Assembly: GCA_020184695.1 (NCBI GenBank)
Contig: JAANOX010000197.1
Location: forward strand, 1 to 61,905
Length of the DNA: 61,905 nt
Direction of reading: 5' to 3'
DNA from: Histomonas meleagridis 2922-C6/04-290x
Lineage: Eukaryota; Protista; Parabasalia
Numbering within the stretch: position 1 is the first letter of the stretch; every line of letters begins with the position of its first letter. The notes under the pieces were generated by a model. It ran no database searches. It saw nothing but the letters and a program-made list of their open reading frames with translations, and had not been told where the DNA came from. Made by a program: the position numbers and the translations under genes. Below, piece by piece: positions 31,698 to 43,062 of this stretch.

Positions 31698-32150
31698 AAA
31701 TAAAGAAATCTCATACAGAAACTAAGGAGAAAGAAGTTTTAAATCAACTTCAAATACAGAAATTATCTTTGCATTCATAAAATTATAATAATTTTCACAA
31801 ACCTATAAATATGTAAGTAAAAATATTAGTTTTTATAGTCAATATCGCGTTAAATAATTTTTTTTTAAATTTTTGAAGCTGAAAATGTACAAATATTGGA
31901 TAAACATATTGATTCCATCCCTTATCTTTGTTAAAATAAGAAATAATAAGTTATATAAAATAAAATAATTGGAATCAATAATTGAGATTTATTATCTGCA
32001 AACATAATGTTTAGCGATAGGAAAAAGAACTTTTAATTTGCAAATTTCAAATTTGAATGTATTTGATTTCTATATATTTCCAAAAAATTTTCACAAACAT
32101 TCATCATAATTTCTCATTCTCAACAAGAAATTGCAACGATTTTTTTAAGT

Positions 32151-32812
32151 TTAGCATTTGCACTTTTGCTTATTTCCAACACTTTGTCCTTTTAATTGGT
32201 AGCTACTGTTCGTATCAGCGTTCTGAGATGGCTTCACTCCTGCGTTTTCTTTCATTGCTGTTGCCATTGTGTAAAACAAATTGTCCACATTTAATGAATC
32301 TTTTGCACTAGTTTCCATGAACGGAATGTCGTACTCACGCGCCAACTGTTCGCCCTCTTCGACTGAAACTTCCCTGTTATTAACCAAATCACATTTGTTA
32401 CCGATTAAGATTTTACATGTTTCTTCGCTTGTCTCGGATTGTTGGATTTGTTCCATCCAATCCTTAACCTTGTCGAAGGTTTTGCGATCTGTAATATCAT
32501 AAACGATAACAATACCATGACTACCATGATAATATGATTTTGTTATTGCTCGGAACCTTTCTTGACCTGCAGTATCCCAAATCTGGAGTTTAACTACCTT
32601 ACCATCCTGGTTGATAGTTCTAATTTTAAAATCTACACCTATTGTCGAGATATAATTTTCGATAAAAATATCTTCAGTGAAACGTATCAAGAGACAACTT
32701 TTACCTACGCCTGACTCACCTACAATGAGAACTTCTGATGTTAGAATTAAAGTATACTGAAAAGAAAATCACTGGTTGTTAGAAAAGAAACAAACTAATC
32801 GCCCAAGCTCAT
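32151..32812 (-). CDS. RAB1: Rab1-like GTPase with two micro-introns
   Basis: Exons 32796-32812, 32758-32771 and 32151-32734 splice to [29 protein letters not shown]...; IGVDFK, WDTAGQE, NKCD and terminal CKC. Confidence 0.9.
32735..32757 (-). other. 23-nt spliceosomal intron
   Basis: GTATACTTTAATTCTAACATCAG; removal restores the Lys codon and the frame. Confidence 0.85.
32772..32795 (-). other. 24-nt spliceosomal intron
   Basis: GTTTGTTTCTTTTCTAACAACCAG; removal restores the Tyr codon of YDFLFK. Confidence 0.85.
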
Positions 32813-33277
32813 ATTGTAAATAATTTGTCTTTGAGGGGATATTTGGGCAGGTATAATGTTCCTTATATAAACTATTGAAAATTGAATGGAAGATAATGGT
32901 GTTTTTTCCATTTTTTTGAAAATATTTTTTCAATAGAGCCATCTGGTAATGAACTTATTAACTTACAAACCAATACATTCATTAAATTTTTTGTTCACTT
33001 AATTTATGTTACATAATATCTTTTATTTATGTAATAATCAGTTAATGTTTTCACATCATTGGACATTAGAATATTTTTTTTTCATGTTATATAACAAATA
33101 TTTTAATCCCCATATTTAGGCGTTCTCCAAAAGCAATATTCACACATTTATGTCTTGATTATAATCAAGATTAACAGAAGAAATAAACCTTTTGAATAAT
33201 TTATAAAATATACATGATTACGATTAAATTCTTTTGAAATATTTCTTGTAGGACGTTTAAAAGCCGTTTAATTTAAA

Positions 33278-34933
33278 ATGAATGAAATAATTAATGAAAG
33301 TGCAAAGCAAGTTAGACATCTCCTACTATTGGACTCTCTTTCAACAAACACTATAATTGATGAAATATTAAATGAAAAAGACACTGTTTCTAAACTATCT
33401 AAAATATTACATTTATTAATAGATCGTTTAAAATTTCAATCATCTCAAAACGAAGAACAACAGAAACCTCATCAAAAAACAAAACCTAGAACTAACATTT
33501 ATACTTTGAATTCAAAAGATCTTTTAAATGAAAATCAAGCACTTAAAGAAAAAATCAGAGGAATGAAACATAAGTATTCCTCAAAGATAAATGAAATGAA
33601 GCTCCATGTCAATCAAATATCATCTAATTACAATAAAGATATATTCCAAGAAAACATCGATCTTAAGGATGAAATTGAGTTGTTAAAGCAAAAGCACTTT
33701 CGGGAAATCAATGGTCTTAAAAGTAAATTTGAGAAAACCTCAACAAAAAAATTCGAAAAACAAATTTCTCTTCTCGAACAAGAAAATGAAGATTTAAAAG
33801 ATGAAATTGAGTCACTTAAACACGAACACTCCCAAGAAATCAAAGAGCTTAAAATTGAAATTAATAAAAATCCAACAAAAAAATTAGAAAAACTTAATTC
33901 ATTTCTTCAACAAGAAAACGAAGACTTAAAAGAAGAAATTGAAACATTAAAAAGCGTTCATTCACAAGATATCAATGAACTCAGAAGCAAAATTAATAAA
34001 TTATCAACAAAACAATTGGAAAAGCAAAATTTGCTTCAGCAAGAAAACGAAGATTTGAAAGATGAAATCGAAACATTAAAAAACATTCATTCACAAGAAA
34101 TCAATGAACTCAGAAGCAAAATTAATAAATTATCAACAAAACAATTGGAAAAACAAAATTTGCTTCAGCAAGAAAACAAAGATTTGAAAGATGAAATCGA
34201 ATCATTAAAACATTTTCATTCACAAGAAATAAATGAGCTTAAAAACAAAATCAATAAAAATTCAACAAAACAATTAGAAAAACAATATTTACTTCTTCAA
34301 CAAGAAAACGAATCATTAAAAAATAAAATTTCATCTTTAAAACATCGTCTTTCTCATGAAGTACATTACCACAAAGAAGAAATCACAACACTTCGTTTAC
34401 AAAACCAATTACTCAAACGAAACATTTCAACTCTCAAAAATAAACTTAATAAAACGCAAAATAAACATAATCAGAATGACATATTATTTAATGAGCTAAA
34501 GAATTTGGAATGTGATTGCTTTAAAGATATGTCTTCGATAATAAATAAACATAAAGAAATGCATTCTCTGAATGAAGCCATTTCTAAAGAAAACGAAATG
34601 CTTCATGATGAAATTGAAAAGTTAAACACTAAAATTTCAGAATTAAGAAATCGGGACATAAATAATTCGAACATTTTGATGAGAATTAAGATGCTTGAAG
34701 ATGCAGAAAAATCAAATCATGAACTTTTGCAACAGATTCATTTGTTACATAACAGATATGAAACTTTACAAAGAGAATGTAAAACTAATTTGCCATCAAC
34801 TAGTTTGAAATGTAGCGGTCTAGATTTCGATATTGAGAAATTGAAGAAGAGGTTTAAAGAATTAGAAAAATCTGTCGACAGTTTACAAAAGACAATAACA
34901 AATAAAAAAAAGTTTCTTTCGTTAGATCATTAA
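33278..34933 (+). CDS. Coiled-coil protein with internal ~43-aa tandem repeats
   Basis: Repeated QQENEDLKDEIETLK..HSQEINELRSKINK..TKQLEKQ units (129-bp period between 34037 and 34166). Confidence 0.8.
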   Translation: MNEIINESAKQVRHLLLLDSLSTNTIIDEILNEKDTVSKLSKILHLLIDRLKFQSSQNEEQQKPHQKTKPRTNIYTLNSKDLLNENQALKEKIRGMKHKYSSKINEMKLHVNQISSNYNKDIFQENIDLKDEIELLKQKHFREINGLKSKFEKTSTKKFEKQISLLEQENEDLKDEIESLKHEHSQEIKELKIEINKNPTKKLEKLNSFLQQENEDLKEEIETLKSVHSQDINELRSKINKLSTKQLEKQNLLQQENEDLKDEIETLKNIHSQEINELRSKINKLSTKQLEKQNLLQQENKDLKDEIESLKHFHSQEINELKNKINKNSTKQLEKQYLLLQQENESLKNKISSLKHRLSHEVHYHKEEITTLRLQNQLLKRNISTLKNKLNKTQNKHNQNDILFNELKNLECDCFKDMSSIINKHKEMHSLNEAISKENEMLHDEIEKLNTKISELRNRDINNSNILMRIKMLEDAEKSNHELLQQIHLLHNRYETLQRECKTNLPSTSLKCSGLDFDIEKLKKRFKELEKSVDSLQKTITNKKKFLSLDH

Positions 34934-35216
34934 TAAAAATAATTATTATTATGATTTGCTCTTAGATATGAATTAAAAATAAGTCCGTGTGAGGAAAAAA
35001 ATGTTAAAACTCTTTCTGCGGCCTACGATATTTCAACTCAAAACCAAGCAGATAAAACCTGAACCAAAAATGACTTTTTCATATGAAAATGCATTGAATA
35101 CACATACAAATTTTTGAATGAGTTGATACAGCTCAAGTCACTTTACGATACATGGCGCCACTTTAAACTGTTTCTTAACAATTTGAAGTATTTTCAATAG
35201 TTTATAATTCACAAAT

Positions 35217-36746
35217 ATGAACAAAGGGAAGATTTCCATTTCTGATTCAACAATTGTAATTCTTCAATCAGATGGAGCCCAGATTTCTTTAGATCGCCAA
35301 TCAATGAAAGTAATTCCAAACTCAGAAAATATAAATGCATCCAATACAATTAATTTCATTCATTTTTTAGGTGCTTATTACGAAGAAGAAAATTGCTGTT
35401 TTGTTGTTTCTACAAATTCTGTTAAAGTGTGTGATTATCAAAAGATTTATAAAATTACAGATTACCAAATAATTCAAGCTTCGACAAATCCAGTTTCTTC
35501 TGATTTTCTTCAATACCTACGTCGAGGCTTATATCAATGCATAATGTATTTTAGTGAAAGTTATGATATTTCACTTAATCTTCAATCACAAATACAAAAA
35601 AAGAAATATGATAATTATCTGTGGAATTTCAATCCTATTCAACAACTAACAAAGATATTACCTACATTGACGCAGTTTACATATGTTATTGGTGGCTTTG
35701 TTCAACAAATAGAAAATACAATTTTAATTTCACGAAAGTCGAGATTCTTCCCTGGAATGCACTACTGGAATCGCGGATGTGATAAAAACGGTCATGCGGC
35801 CAATCTTATTGAAACTGAACAAATAATTATGAATGGAAAAAAAATCTGTTCCTTTGTTATAATTCGTGGGTCAATTCCCGCGTTTTGGACTCAATACCCA
35901 CCCGTTAACCCTCGAAATCCATTTAAGATTGGTTCAATCAATGAAAGCCGTCGTCGCTTTAATTTACATTTTCAATCTCTTGAAAAAGTATATAACAAAA
36001 GAATCATTGCCATAAATTTAATGAACACTACAGGCCGTGAAAAAAAGCTTTCTGATATTTATCAACAACTTTCAAACGAAAGATCAATTGATTATAGAAC
36101 ATTTGATTTCAATGCATCTATGGAAAACAAAGAACAATTTTCAAATGCAGTTAAATGTTTTGAAGATACTGTAAGTTGGTTTGAGACTGAGGACGGTGAG
36201 GTTATCAAGTCGCAAAGCAAGTTTGTGCGAGTCAATTGCGCTAGTTGTTTAGACCGAACAAATTCCTTTGAATTTTATCTTGCCGATGTTTTTTCTGAGA
36301 AAGTAAAAATGCCATCGGATCGTGATGTACGCGCGAGGATGTGGCTGGATCAACACCAGCAATTATGTTTTGAGTATTGTAACTGCCCTGGAATAAAGGG
36401 AGATGTAATTACATATGGATATCAAACATTTTATGGAAAACTGATTGATTCTGTGTATTTGATTATGAGACAATTAAATAATATTTTCTTCGAAGGATAT
36501 CTTCAGGATTCATATATTGTCCTAAGTCAAGAAACACCTGTTCAAAAAATACCACAAAAAGATTCTTTCATAATGAGAATTTATATGATTTTCGTATTAT
36601 TGTACTTATTAATTGTAGGAAAGATTTTCGGGAGAAAGCAAATATCAAAGGGAGAATATAGAAAAAAAATGAGGAAAGTAATATGTCATCCTTATTTGAT
36701 GGATTTAAGAGAAGCTGATGAATTTGGTGATAATGAATTTGAATAA
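35217..36746 (+). CDS. SAC1-family phosphoinositide phosphatase
   Basis: ISRKSRFFPG..YWNRGCD..GHAANLIETEQI, RGSIPAFW, CX5RT motif RVNCASCLDRTN and a C-terminal TM. Confidence 0.88.
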   Translation: MNKGKISISDSTIVILQSDGAQISLDRQSMKVIPNSENINASNTINFIHFLGAYYEEENCCFVVSTNSVKVCDYQKIYKITDYQIIQASTNPVSSDFLQYLRRGLYQCIMYFSESYDISLNLQSQIQKKKYDNYLWNFNPIQQLTKILPTLTQFTYVIGGFVQQIENTILISRKSRFFPGMHYWNRGCDKNGHAANLIETEQIIMNGKKICSFVIIRGSIPAFWTQYPPVNPRNPFKIGSINESRRRFNLHFQSLEKVYNKRIIAINLMNTTGREKKLSDIYQQLSNERSIDYRTFDFNASMENKEQFSNAVKCFEDTVSWFETEDGEVIKSQSKFVRVNCASCLDRTNSFEFYLADVFSEKVKMPSDRDVRARMWLDQHQQLCFEYCNCPGIKGDVITYGYQTFYGKLIDSVYLIMRQLNNIFFEGYLQDSYIVLSQETPVQKIPQKDSFIMRIYMIFVLLYLLIVGKIFGRKQISKGEYRKKMRKVICHPYLMDLREADEFGDNEFE

Positions 36747-36825
36747 AATTTAAAGTAATGTTTAAAAATATTCGATGTTCAAAAAGATACCCTGGTGTCG
36801 CTCCAATTCGTCGTATTCAAATTTT

Positions 36826-37270
36826 TGCCACTGGAATTTGTAAATAAAACCGTTTTCAGTTGGAGAGCATCCTATAACGGAGTGATATGTGTTATTATAT
36901 ATATTAATAAATTTATTCATTCTAGATGGTGTAATGTATGTATATTTTTCATCATGAAATTGATGTTTAGATTTCTCATTTGGTGTTTTCATATCACGTG
37001 ATGTTCTAATAAATCTATCTATAATACCTAAACTACTATGATTTTTATCTGTAATAATATGCATACGAACATGATTATCTGCTAATAATTTTATATTATT
37101 TTTATCTGAAAGACCAGGCCCCTCATCAGATGTTAATTTTATAGGATGATATTTATTAATAAATTCATATAATGTATGATGTACACAAGGGATTCCATTT
37201 CCATGATGCTCATGATATACAAGAGCTTTGGTCAATGCAAATAAAATACTTCCAACTCTAGTTCTCTATA
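36826..37270 (-). pseudogene. Maverick-type retroviral-like (rve) integrase fragment inside the transposon
   Basis: KLTSDEG, NHSSLGIIDRFIRT and YNNTYHSVIGCSP motifs; no start, and the frame runs into the left TIR. Confidence 0.8.
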
Positions 37271-37690
37271 CATAAATTTATATCTTATTTCTTTATCTTA
37301 TAATTTTAATAATCAATTTAAAATTTCTCTACATATAATCAAATTAAACTAAAAAATTAGCATCATTTAGAATACCCATTACAAGTGAGGTACAAAAAGA
37401 TGTCGAAACATAATGATGTAATTATTCGAATAAATAAATATTCTGATTATTCCGGAATTTTTTTTAACCGAAGAATAAACTCAAAAGCATTAAGTTAATA
37501 GGTTATTAGGATTACTGATTTAAGCGTTAGCAATACATTACAATTCTCAATATAAAAAATTTAATATTTAAACAAAAATTTTTAAAAATGTTCATTGTTA
37601 TTAGGTCATATATTTAGCTCTATTCAGGTCTAAACATTTGACGTTTTATGTAATAAAAAAAATTAATGAAATAATTATATATTCATAAAT

Positions 37691-38836
37691 TTACCATGAT
37701 TCAGTAATTGTGTTCTCACTTAGATGTTCCCAAGCAGCTAGTAAATATTGAACTGCTGTTTCTTTGTTGAATTTAGTATTGGGTTCATTTTGATATGATT
37801 TTCTGAAAAGTCTTCTCGCTGTTGCCTTTAGGTTCTCAAACACCAATCTATCCAATGGCTGTAACTCATCTGTTGAGCCTGCAGGAATGAATAATAATTC
37901 AATATTCAAATTATCAGCACACTCATAAATCTTTTGAGTTTGATGAGCCTTAAATTGATCAATAATCAAATATATCTTTTCGTTGTCATTAAAATTGTTT
38001 CGGAGAAACTATATATATTGTTCAAATGTTGATTCTGTTGTCCAATCATTGCTTGATCTAGTAAATTTGTGATATGAAATATCTCCTAAATTTTTTTCAC
38101 TTCGCTCAGTTGTACCCTTAGCAATAACAAAAAGAGGTAGCTTTGTTCCATCAGCCTTTATACTTGCCATTACACTGATACTTTGTTTGGAGTTAGCATT
38201 GACATAGGCTTTAACATTGTCTGATCCTGTTTCAGACCAAGTCAAAATTCCTCCAGGAAAACTTTTCCAACATGTTTCATCGTAATTAATAACTCTAGAT
38301 CTATCAACTGTTGATAAAAGTTCCTGAATTTTTTGAATGAATTCATTTTTTTCTTCATCATATATTGTTGGTCTTTTTTTCGCGTGAGGTTTCCTCGATG
38401 AAATTCTATTTCGTTACTTGGAGTCATTGATAAATCAACTGCTCATTAGAAAATCTTTTTTGATCATTTCTTCATTAGTATATTTTTCGAGATAAGCTTG
38501 GTATGCAATGTCAATAAAATCTTCATCATTAAAATATAAACCTTGAGATAAGAAATTAGCAATGATATAATCTTCAATTGCAGTTTCTTCTTCATTGGTG
38601 AATATCCGATGACTGATGCCATGGTTGTTGTCCCATGGTCTCCATTTGTTGTTTAACTCCATTTTCTTTCTCCAATATTTCAACGTTGATTCTGGAATTT
38701 CTGATATTTGAGATAATTTGTAAATTGATTCTGAACTTCTTAGAATTTTGTCAATAACTATTTGTATTTTCTTTCTGACGTCTCGACGCGTGTAATCATT
38801 GTGTGGTTTCCCACTGAATACAGGTCTAACTTGCAT
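37691..38836 (-). pseudogene. DDE_1-type transposase with three in-frame stops
   Basis: Track ORFs 38435-38836, 38009-38245 and 37691-37969 share one frame. Stops TGA 38435, TAA 38414 and TAG 38009. Triad NYDET / IIDQ / QPLD with 35-aa spacing. Confidence 0.92.
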
Positions 38837-39027
38837 CTTTCAGATGTCGGTTCAATGCCGTTTATTAATTTTTTGACTAGCATTTAAAATTTGAAAACGG
38901 CGAATTGGAGCGACACCAGGGTACTCTTAAATGACAATTTGTTTTGCTTTAATGTTAACCGCCTTTTGTGATTTTTGAATATGCTTATAGAATTATTTGT
39001 GTGTATTTCGATTTGTCAAAAGGTTAA

Positions 39028-39618
39028 ATGAGAAGAGAAGACACCGGACTTGAAGACCCATTAACTGTTCGTGTTGTTCTTATTGGCGATACGCAAGTTG
39101 GAAAGACATCTCTTGTCTATAAGTTTGTTCGATCAAATTTCGAAGAACAACAGAGAAGTACCATTGGTGCAGTTTTCCATACATATGAGCAAAGCTACAA
39201 TGGAAATGATGTTGTAATGCAAATATGGGATACCGCTGGACAAGAAAAGTACAGAAGTCTTGGACCAATTTATTATAGAGATGCAGCTGCAGGCATTTGC
39301 GTTTTTGATATGACCAACAAAGATTCTTTTTTGGGCATTGAAAAGTGGATCAATGAGTTTAAAAAGCACACAGTCGAACCAATAATTTATCTTGTTGGAA
39401 ATAAAGTAGATATTGATGATAAAATCGCGGTAGACAAAGAAGAGGCACTTAAATTTGCAGAATCACAAGGAGCCAAACTCTTTTTCTCTTCCGCAAAAAC
39501 GGGCCAAAATGTCAAGGAAATATTTACTGGTCTTTTCAACGATCTTTGCAGCGCCGGCAAATTTGACACTGTGAAGAAGCTTCCAGAGAAGAATAATGAA
39601 GGTTCTAATTGCTGTTGA
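39028..39618 (+). CDS. Rab-family GTPase
   Basis: GDTQVGKTS, WDTAGQE, NKVD, SAK and terminal CC. Confidence 0.92.
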   Translation: MRREDTGLEDPLTVRVVLIGDTQVGKTSLVYKFVRSNFEEQQRSTIGAVFHTYEQSYNGNDVVMQIWDTAGQEKYRSLGPIYYRDAAAGICVFDMTNKDSFLGIEKWINEFKKHTVEPIIYLVGNKVDIDDKIAVDKEEALKFAESQGAKLFFSSAKTGQNVKEIFTGLFNDLCSAGKFDTVKKLPEKNNEGSNCC

Positions 39619-40251
39619 GTTGTGTTACTTCGCTGGATTCAATTGCGTTGTACAATTTAGTAAATGATTTCCTGTTGCTTCTTAAGAAAATGTTACACTG
39701 TTCTGATTTGTACGATTGTGTTTTGGGAGAGATCTGACCAAATATAGAAAATGCTAAAATGATAAATATTTATGATGAACAAATGTATTATAATGCACTT
39801 GCATTTACGTTAAACTTATTCAATGAATAAATTAAAAATTGAGTGACTTTCATGCAAATGAAATTTAAAAAAATTATTCGAAATGATGAAATACCATAAC
39901 AAAAAAATTTGATTTTAGTCAACATCTTATGAAAGCCATTCATTTATAAAAAAACCTCTACTTATTTAGAGCAATAGTTTAGTAATTATTTAATTTATGA
40001 AATTGAAAGTATCTATTTTATACTATTAGAATGTTTGGGTTACTTTCTTATCAAGCACAAAATAAAATGAATGTATTTATATTTATATGAGAAACAGAAA
40101 TTTCACTTAAAAACACTGTGGCTGCAAGCGCAGAAAAAGTCAAAGAAAAAGTCAAAACCGTCATACAAGAAAACATCGCTCCGTTATTTGAGTAGAATTG
40201 AGTTGAAATAATTCCTCAAAAAGTGTTCTACGATATTTGAATGCTTCAATT

Positions 40252-40761
40252 ATGTTTTATCTGGACGAAAGAGCAAATGAAGAACAAATGAATGCAGAAG
40301 ATCTTTATCTATTTGCCTACCAAACATTTAACAGGCATGACAGAAATGGGAATGGATCATTAGACAGACAAGAATTTTGTGAATTTTATTCAGAAATGGG
40401 AGATGGATCCATAGCAAATCTTATGTTTGATGCTGCAGATCTTGATAAAAATGGTACAATAACATTTGATGAATTTTGGAATTTATTTGTTGCAATGTAT
40501 AGTCGTGAATACGGAAATATTTCATTGTTTGCTAAACTTGTTTTCGATGCATGTGACAAGGGAAATAAGGGATATCTCACAAAAGAAGAATTCGCCCAAT
40601 TTTACAAGATGTCTAGTGTGAACATTAAATCTGATACCTTTTTGAATGAACAGGTGAAATTTTATGATGAAAACTCCGATGGAAAGATTACATTTGATGA
40701 AATAATTTCGGCTGAGAATCTTATGGCTTTTGCAGATCAAATATATCAAAAAATAGTCTGA
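40252..40761 (+). CDS. Four-EF-hand calcium-binding protein
   Basis: DRNGNGSLDRQE, DLDKNGTITFDE, DKGNKGYLTKEE and DENSDGKITFDE; first ATG at 40252. Confidence 0.88.
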   Translation: MFYLDERANEEQMNAEDLYLFAYQTFNRHDRNGNGSLDRQEFCEFYSEMGDGSIANLMFDAADLDKNGTITFDEFWNLFVAMYSREYGNISLFAKLVFDACDKGNKGYLTKEEFAQFYKMSSVNIKSDTFLNEQVKFYDENSDGKITFDEIISAENLMAFADQIYQKIV

Positions 40762-40941
40762 ACCAAGGACTCATTTTGCAGGTCAGGCTTAGCGTTCACA
40801 AACAATAAAAATTATCTTTTGACTTTCGCTACCTAAGGTAAATTATATAATAAAAGACAGGCTAATTCATATGGTCTATAAAGTATTCAAAAAATTGAGT
40901 ATGTTTGTTTTGAACAAAAGTGGCAATTATTGAGAAGTTTA

Positions 40942-41355
40942 TTAATTGTACGTTTGTTCTGGTGGCTGAGGTAAGTTTCCATTCCTCATCATTTGGTTTG
41001 AAATTTCAACAAGTATATTTAAGATTGTTGTACTAGGATTCCAGTTCTTAAGAAGTGGGAATTTGGAAAGAATAATTTTACCTGTATTATCAACAAAAGG
41101 AAGATTAACACAACTGATAAAGGTAACAATTGGTGCAACTTTCGGGTATCTATCTCCACAAACAATTCGAACAGATACCATGCGGCCGTCAAAACGTGTT
41201 CCTGGCATTCCAAGAATTGTTCCATTCCATGTTGTAAGTGTAGAATCAGATGGATCTTCCAATCCAAACGAGATGTTTGGAGGAACGTCTTGTCCTTTTT
41301 CGCCTAATTCAAGTTCATCTAAAAGGCGAAAGTTTCTTGGAACTTCTATTGCCAT
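40942..41355 (-). CDS. MMS2: Ubiquitin E2 variant MMS2/UEV1
   Basis: VPRNFRLLDELELGEKG...ISFGLED..D.TLTTWNGTILG; no catalytic Cys. Confidence 0.93.
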   Translation of the reverse strand: MAIEVPRNFRLLDELELGEKGQDVPPNISFGLEDPSDSTLTTWNGTILGMPGTRFDGRMVSVRIVCGDRYPKVAPIVTFISCVNLPFVDNTGKIILSKFPLLKNWNPSTTILNILVEISNQMMRNGNLPQPPEQTYN

Positions 41356-41589
41356 ATATGAATTGAAAATGTTTGTTCGAATGTTAATTCAATTAAATAT
41401 GGTGTCACTTTTTGCCAACCAAAATTGTTATCAATTGGTAAACACAAGTTTAAACCTGAATTGATACGCCAATGAGCTTCATTTAACTCTATGGCTTTTG
41501 CCCCAACATCATTATAATTTTTTCAAAATATTTTATTTTTAACATGCATTTTTTATTCATTACAAAAAACTAAAAATAAAACGCATTTT

Positions 41590-42510
41590 TCAATCTTTCT
41601 TAATATCATTATCGAAGTGATTCTGTGTATCGCTCATATCTAAGTTAAGTTTAATTGGAGATTGAATCGCAAACATTTCCGGACTTTTCAAAAGGAATCC
41701 CGTGTTTGGACTCAAGAGACTAAATGGTGAACTCGAACTAAATGTATTAAATTTCGTTGGTGAAATTGTAAATGGTGATTCTGAAATTAAGATTGGGGAA
41801 AATGATGGAAGTTCTGGAGATGGAATGCTTTCTTGCTCTTGCATGTTAAAATCTGGCTTTGGAAGTTGTTCGTTGCTATTGTTATTCACATTAACTTGAT
41901 TTTCTGTTTCAATTAATGTTGGAGCATTAGATGGGCGCTTAGGTTTACGACCTCGTTTTTGAACCGGATTCTCTCCTTTCGCTATTCGATCAAGTTTACG
42001 CTTTAGGGATGAATTCCAGCGGTTTTTGACACTATTATCTGTACGACCTGGTAATAATGCAGAGATTTTGGCCCATTTGTTACCCCATAACTTTTGATGC
42101 TCTATAAGGATTTTGTCCTCTTCTTCTGTCCATGGCTTTCGTAATAAATCGGGATCTAATGAATTAATCCAACGTTCACGACATTGTTTACCTAAACGGC
42201 CTGGTAATTGTGTAGCTAATATAGACCAATTTTTAGGCCCATTTTCTTCAACCCATTTGATGATTTTTTGATCTTCATCTGGTGACCATGACCCTTTGAT
42301 TAATTCGGGGTTTAAAACTTTATTCCATCGATCTGATACTTGTTGAATGGTTTTATTTGGGAAGTGTGCAGATATATTTTCCCAAATTGGATCGCGGGCT
42401 TTTTCAACAAGTGAAATAAGTAATTCGTCATCTGTAGCTGTCCACTGTGTTTGAGATTTTTTCATTGGTCCTTTGGATCTAGTTCTTGTTGGGTGAATAT
42501 TTGTTTCCAT
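41590..42510 (-). CDS. Three-repeat (R1R2R3) Myb transcription factor
   Basis: Three W-spaced repeats including GKQCRERW and GRTDNSVKNRWNS; likely ATG at 42510. Confidence 0.92.
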   Translation of the reverse strand: METNIHPTRTRSKGPMKKSQTQWTATDDELLISLVEKARDPIWENISAHFPNKTIQQVSDRWNKVLNPELIKGSWSPDEDQKIIKWVEENGPKNWSILATQLPGRLGKQCRERWINSLDPDLLRKPWTEEEDKILIEHQKLWGNKWAKISALLPGRTDNSVKNRWNSSLKRKLDRIAKGENPVQKRGRKPKRPSNAPTLIETENQVNVNNNSNEQLPKPDFNMQEQESIPSPELPSFSPILISESPFTISPTKFNTFSSSSPFSLLSPNTGFLLKSPEMFAIQSPIKLNLDMSDTQNHFDNDIKKD

Positions 42511-42581
42511 TGTCAAGTGTTTCCGGCTTTTAAATAAACGGTATATTGCCTCTTTTTCAATGGGATGCCGTTTGTTCGGAA

Positions 42582-42614
42582 CAAAATCCCGGCAAAATCC
42601 CGGTAAAATCCCGG
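42582..42614. repeat. 3 x 11-bp tandem [C/T]AAAATCCCGG upstream of the Myb gene
   Basis: Exact tandem 72-104 bp upstream of ATG 42510. Confidence 0.75.
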
Positions 42615-43062
42615 GTTTCAAAAGTGACTGTGCAAAAAGTGCCAGTTGAAGTAATGCTTTGATTTTCAGCTAGGCATATAACTCCACTGGATTTAGTTTT
42701 ACCCATTTGGGATCTTATTATGAGTCTCACTGGCTATAAAAGATATAGTCGAATTTAAATGATTTTGCCAGCAAAAAATGATTTTTTTAGCACATGTGTT
42801 TCTAAATGCTTTTATTCCTATACCTACAAATATTTGATTAGTATAAGTACAAATTTGTGGTCTCCTAAAGATTGATATTTAATATTTTAAGTACTTTAAA
42901 ATAATTTTTTGCATAGACATATATCTTTTTCTTGCACGTTTGGCATTGCTTTTTATTCACCATTTAAACGTTTCGATATTTTTAAATATAATTGTAGAGA
43001 AATGTTTTCAACAAGACAAAACAACAAAGGAAACACCTTTATTTAGACATGTGATGTGAAAA

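Larger units (their letters stand above)
36790..38921 (-). mobile_element. Tc1/mariner-superfamily (pogo/Fot1-like, DD35D) DNA transposon, 2132 bp
   Basis: 36-bp TIRs 36790-36825 and 38886-38921 (ccctggtgtcgctccaattcg..., 2 mismatches), flanked by TA at 36788-36789 and 38922-38923. Confidence 0.95.
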
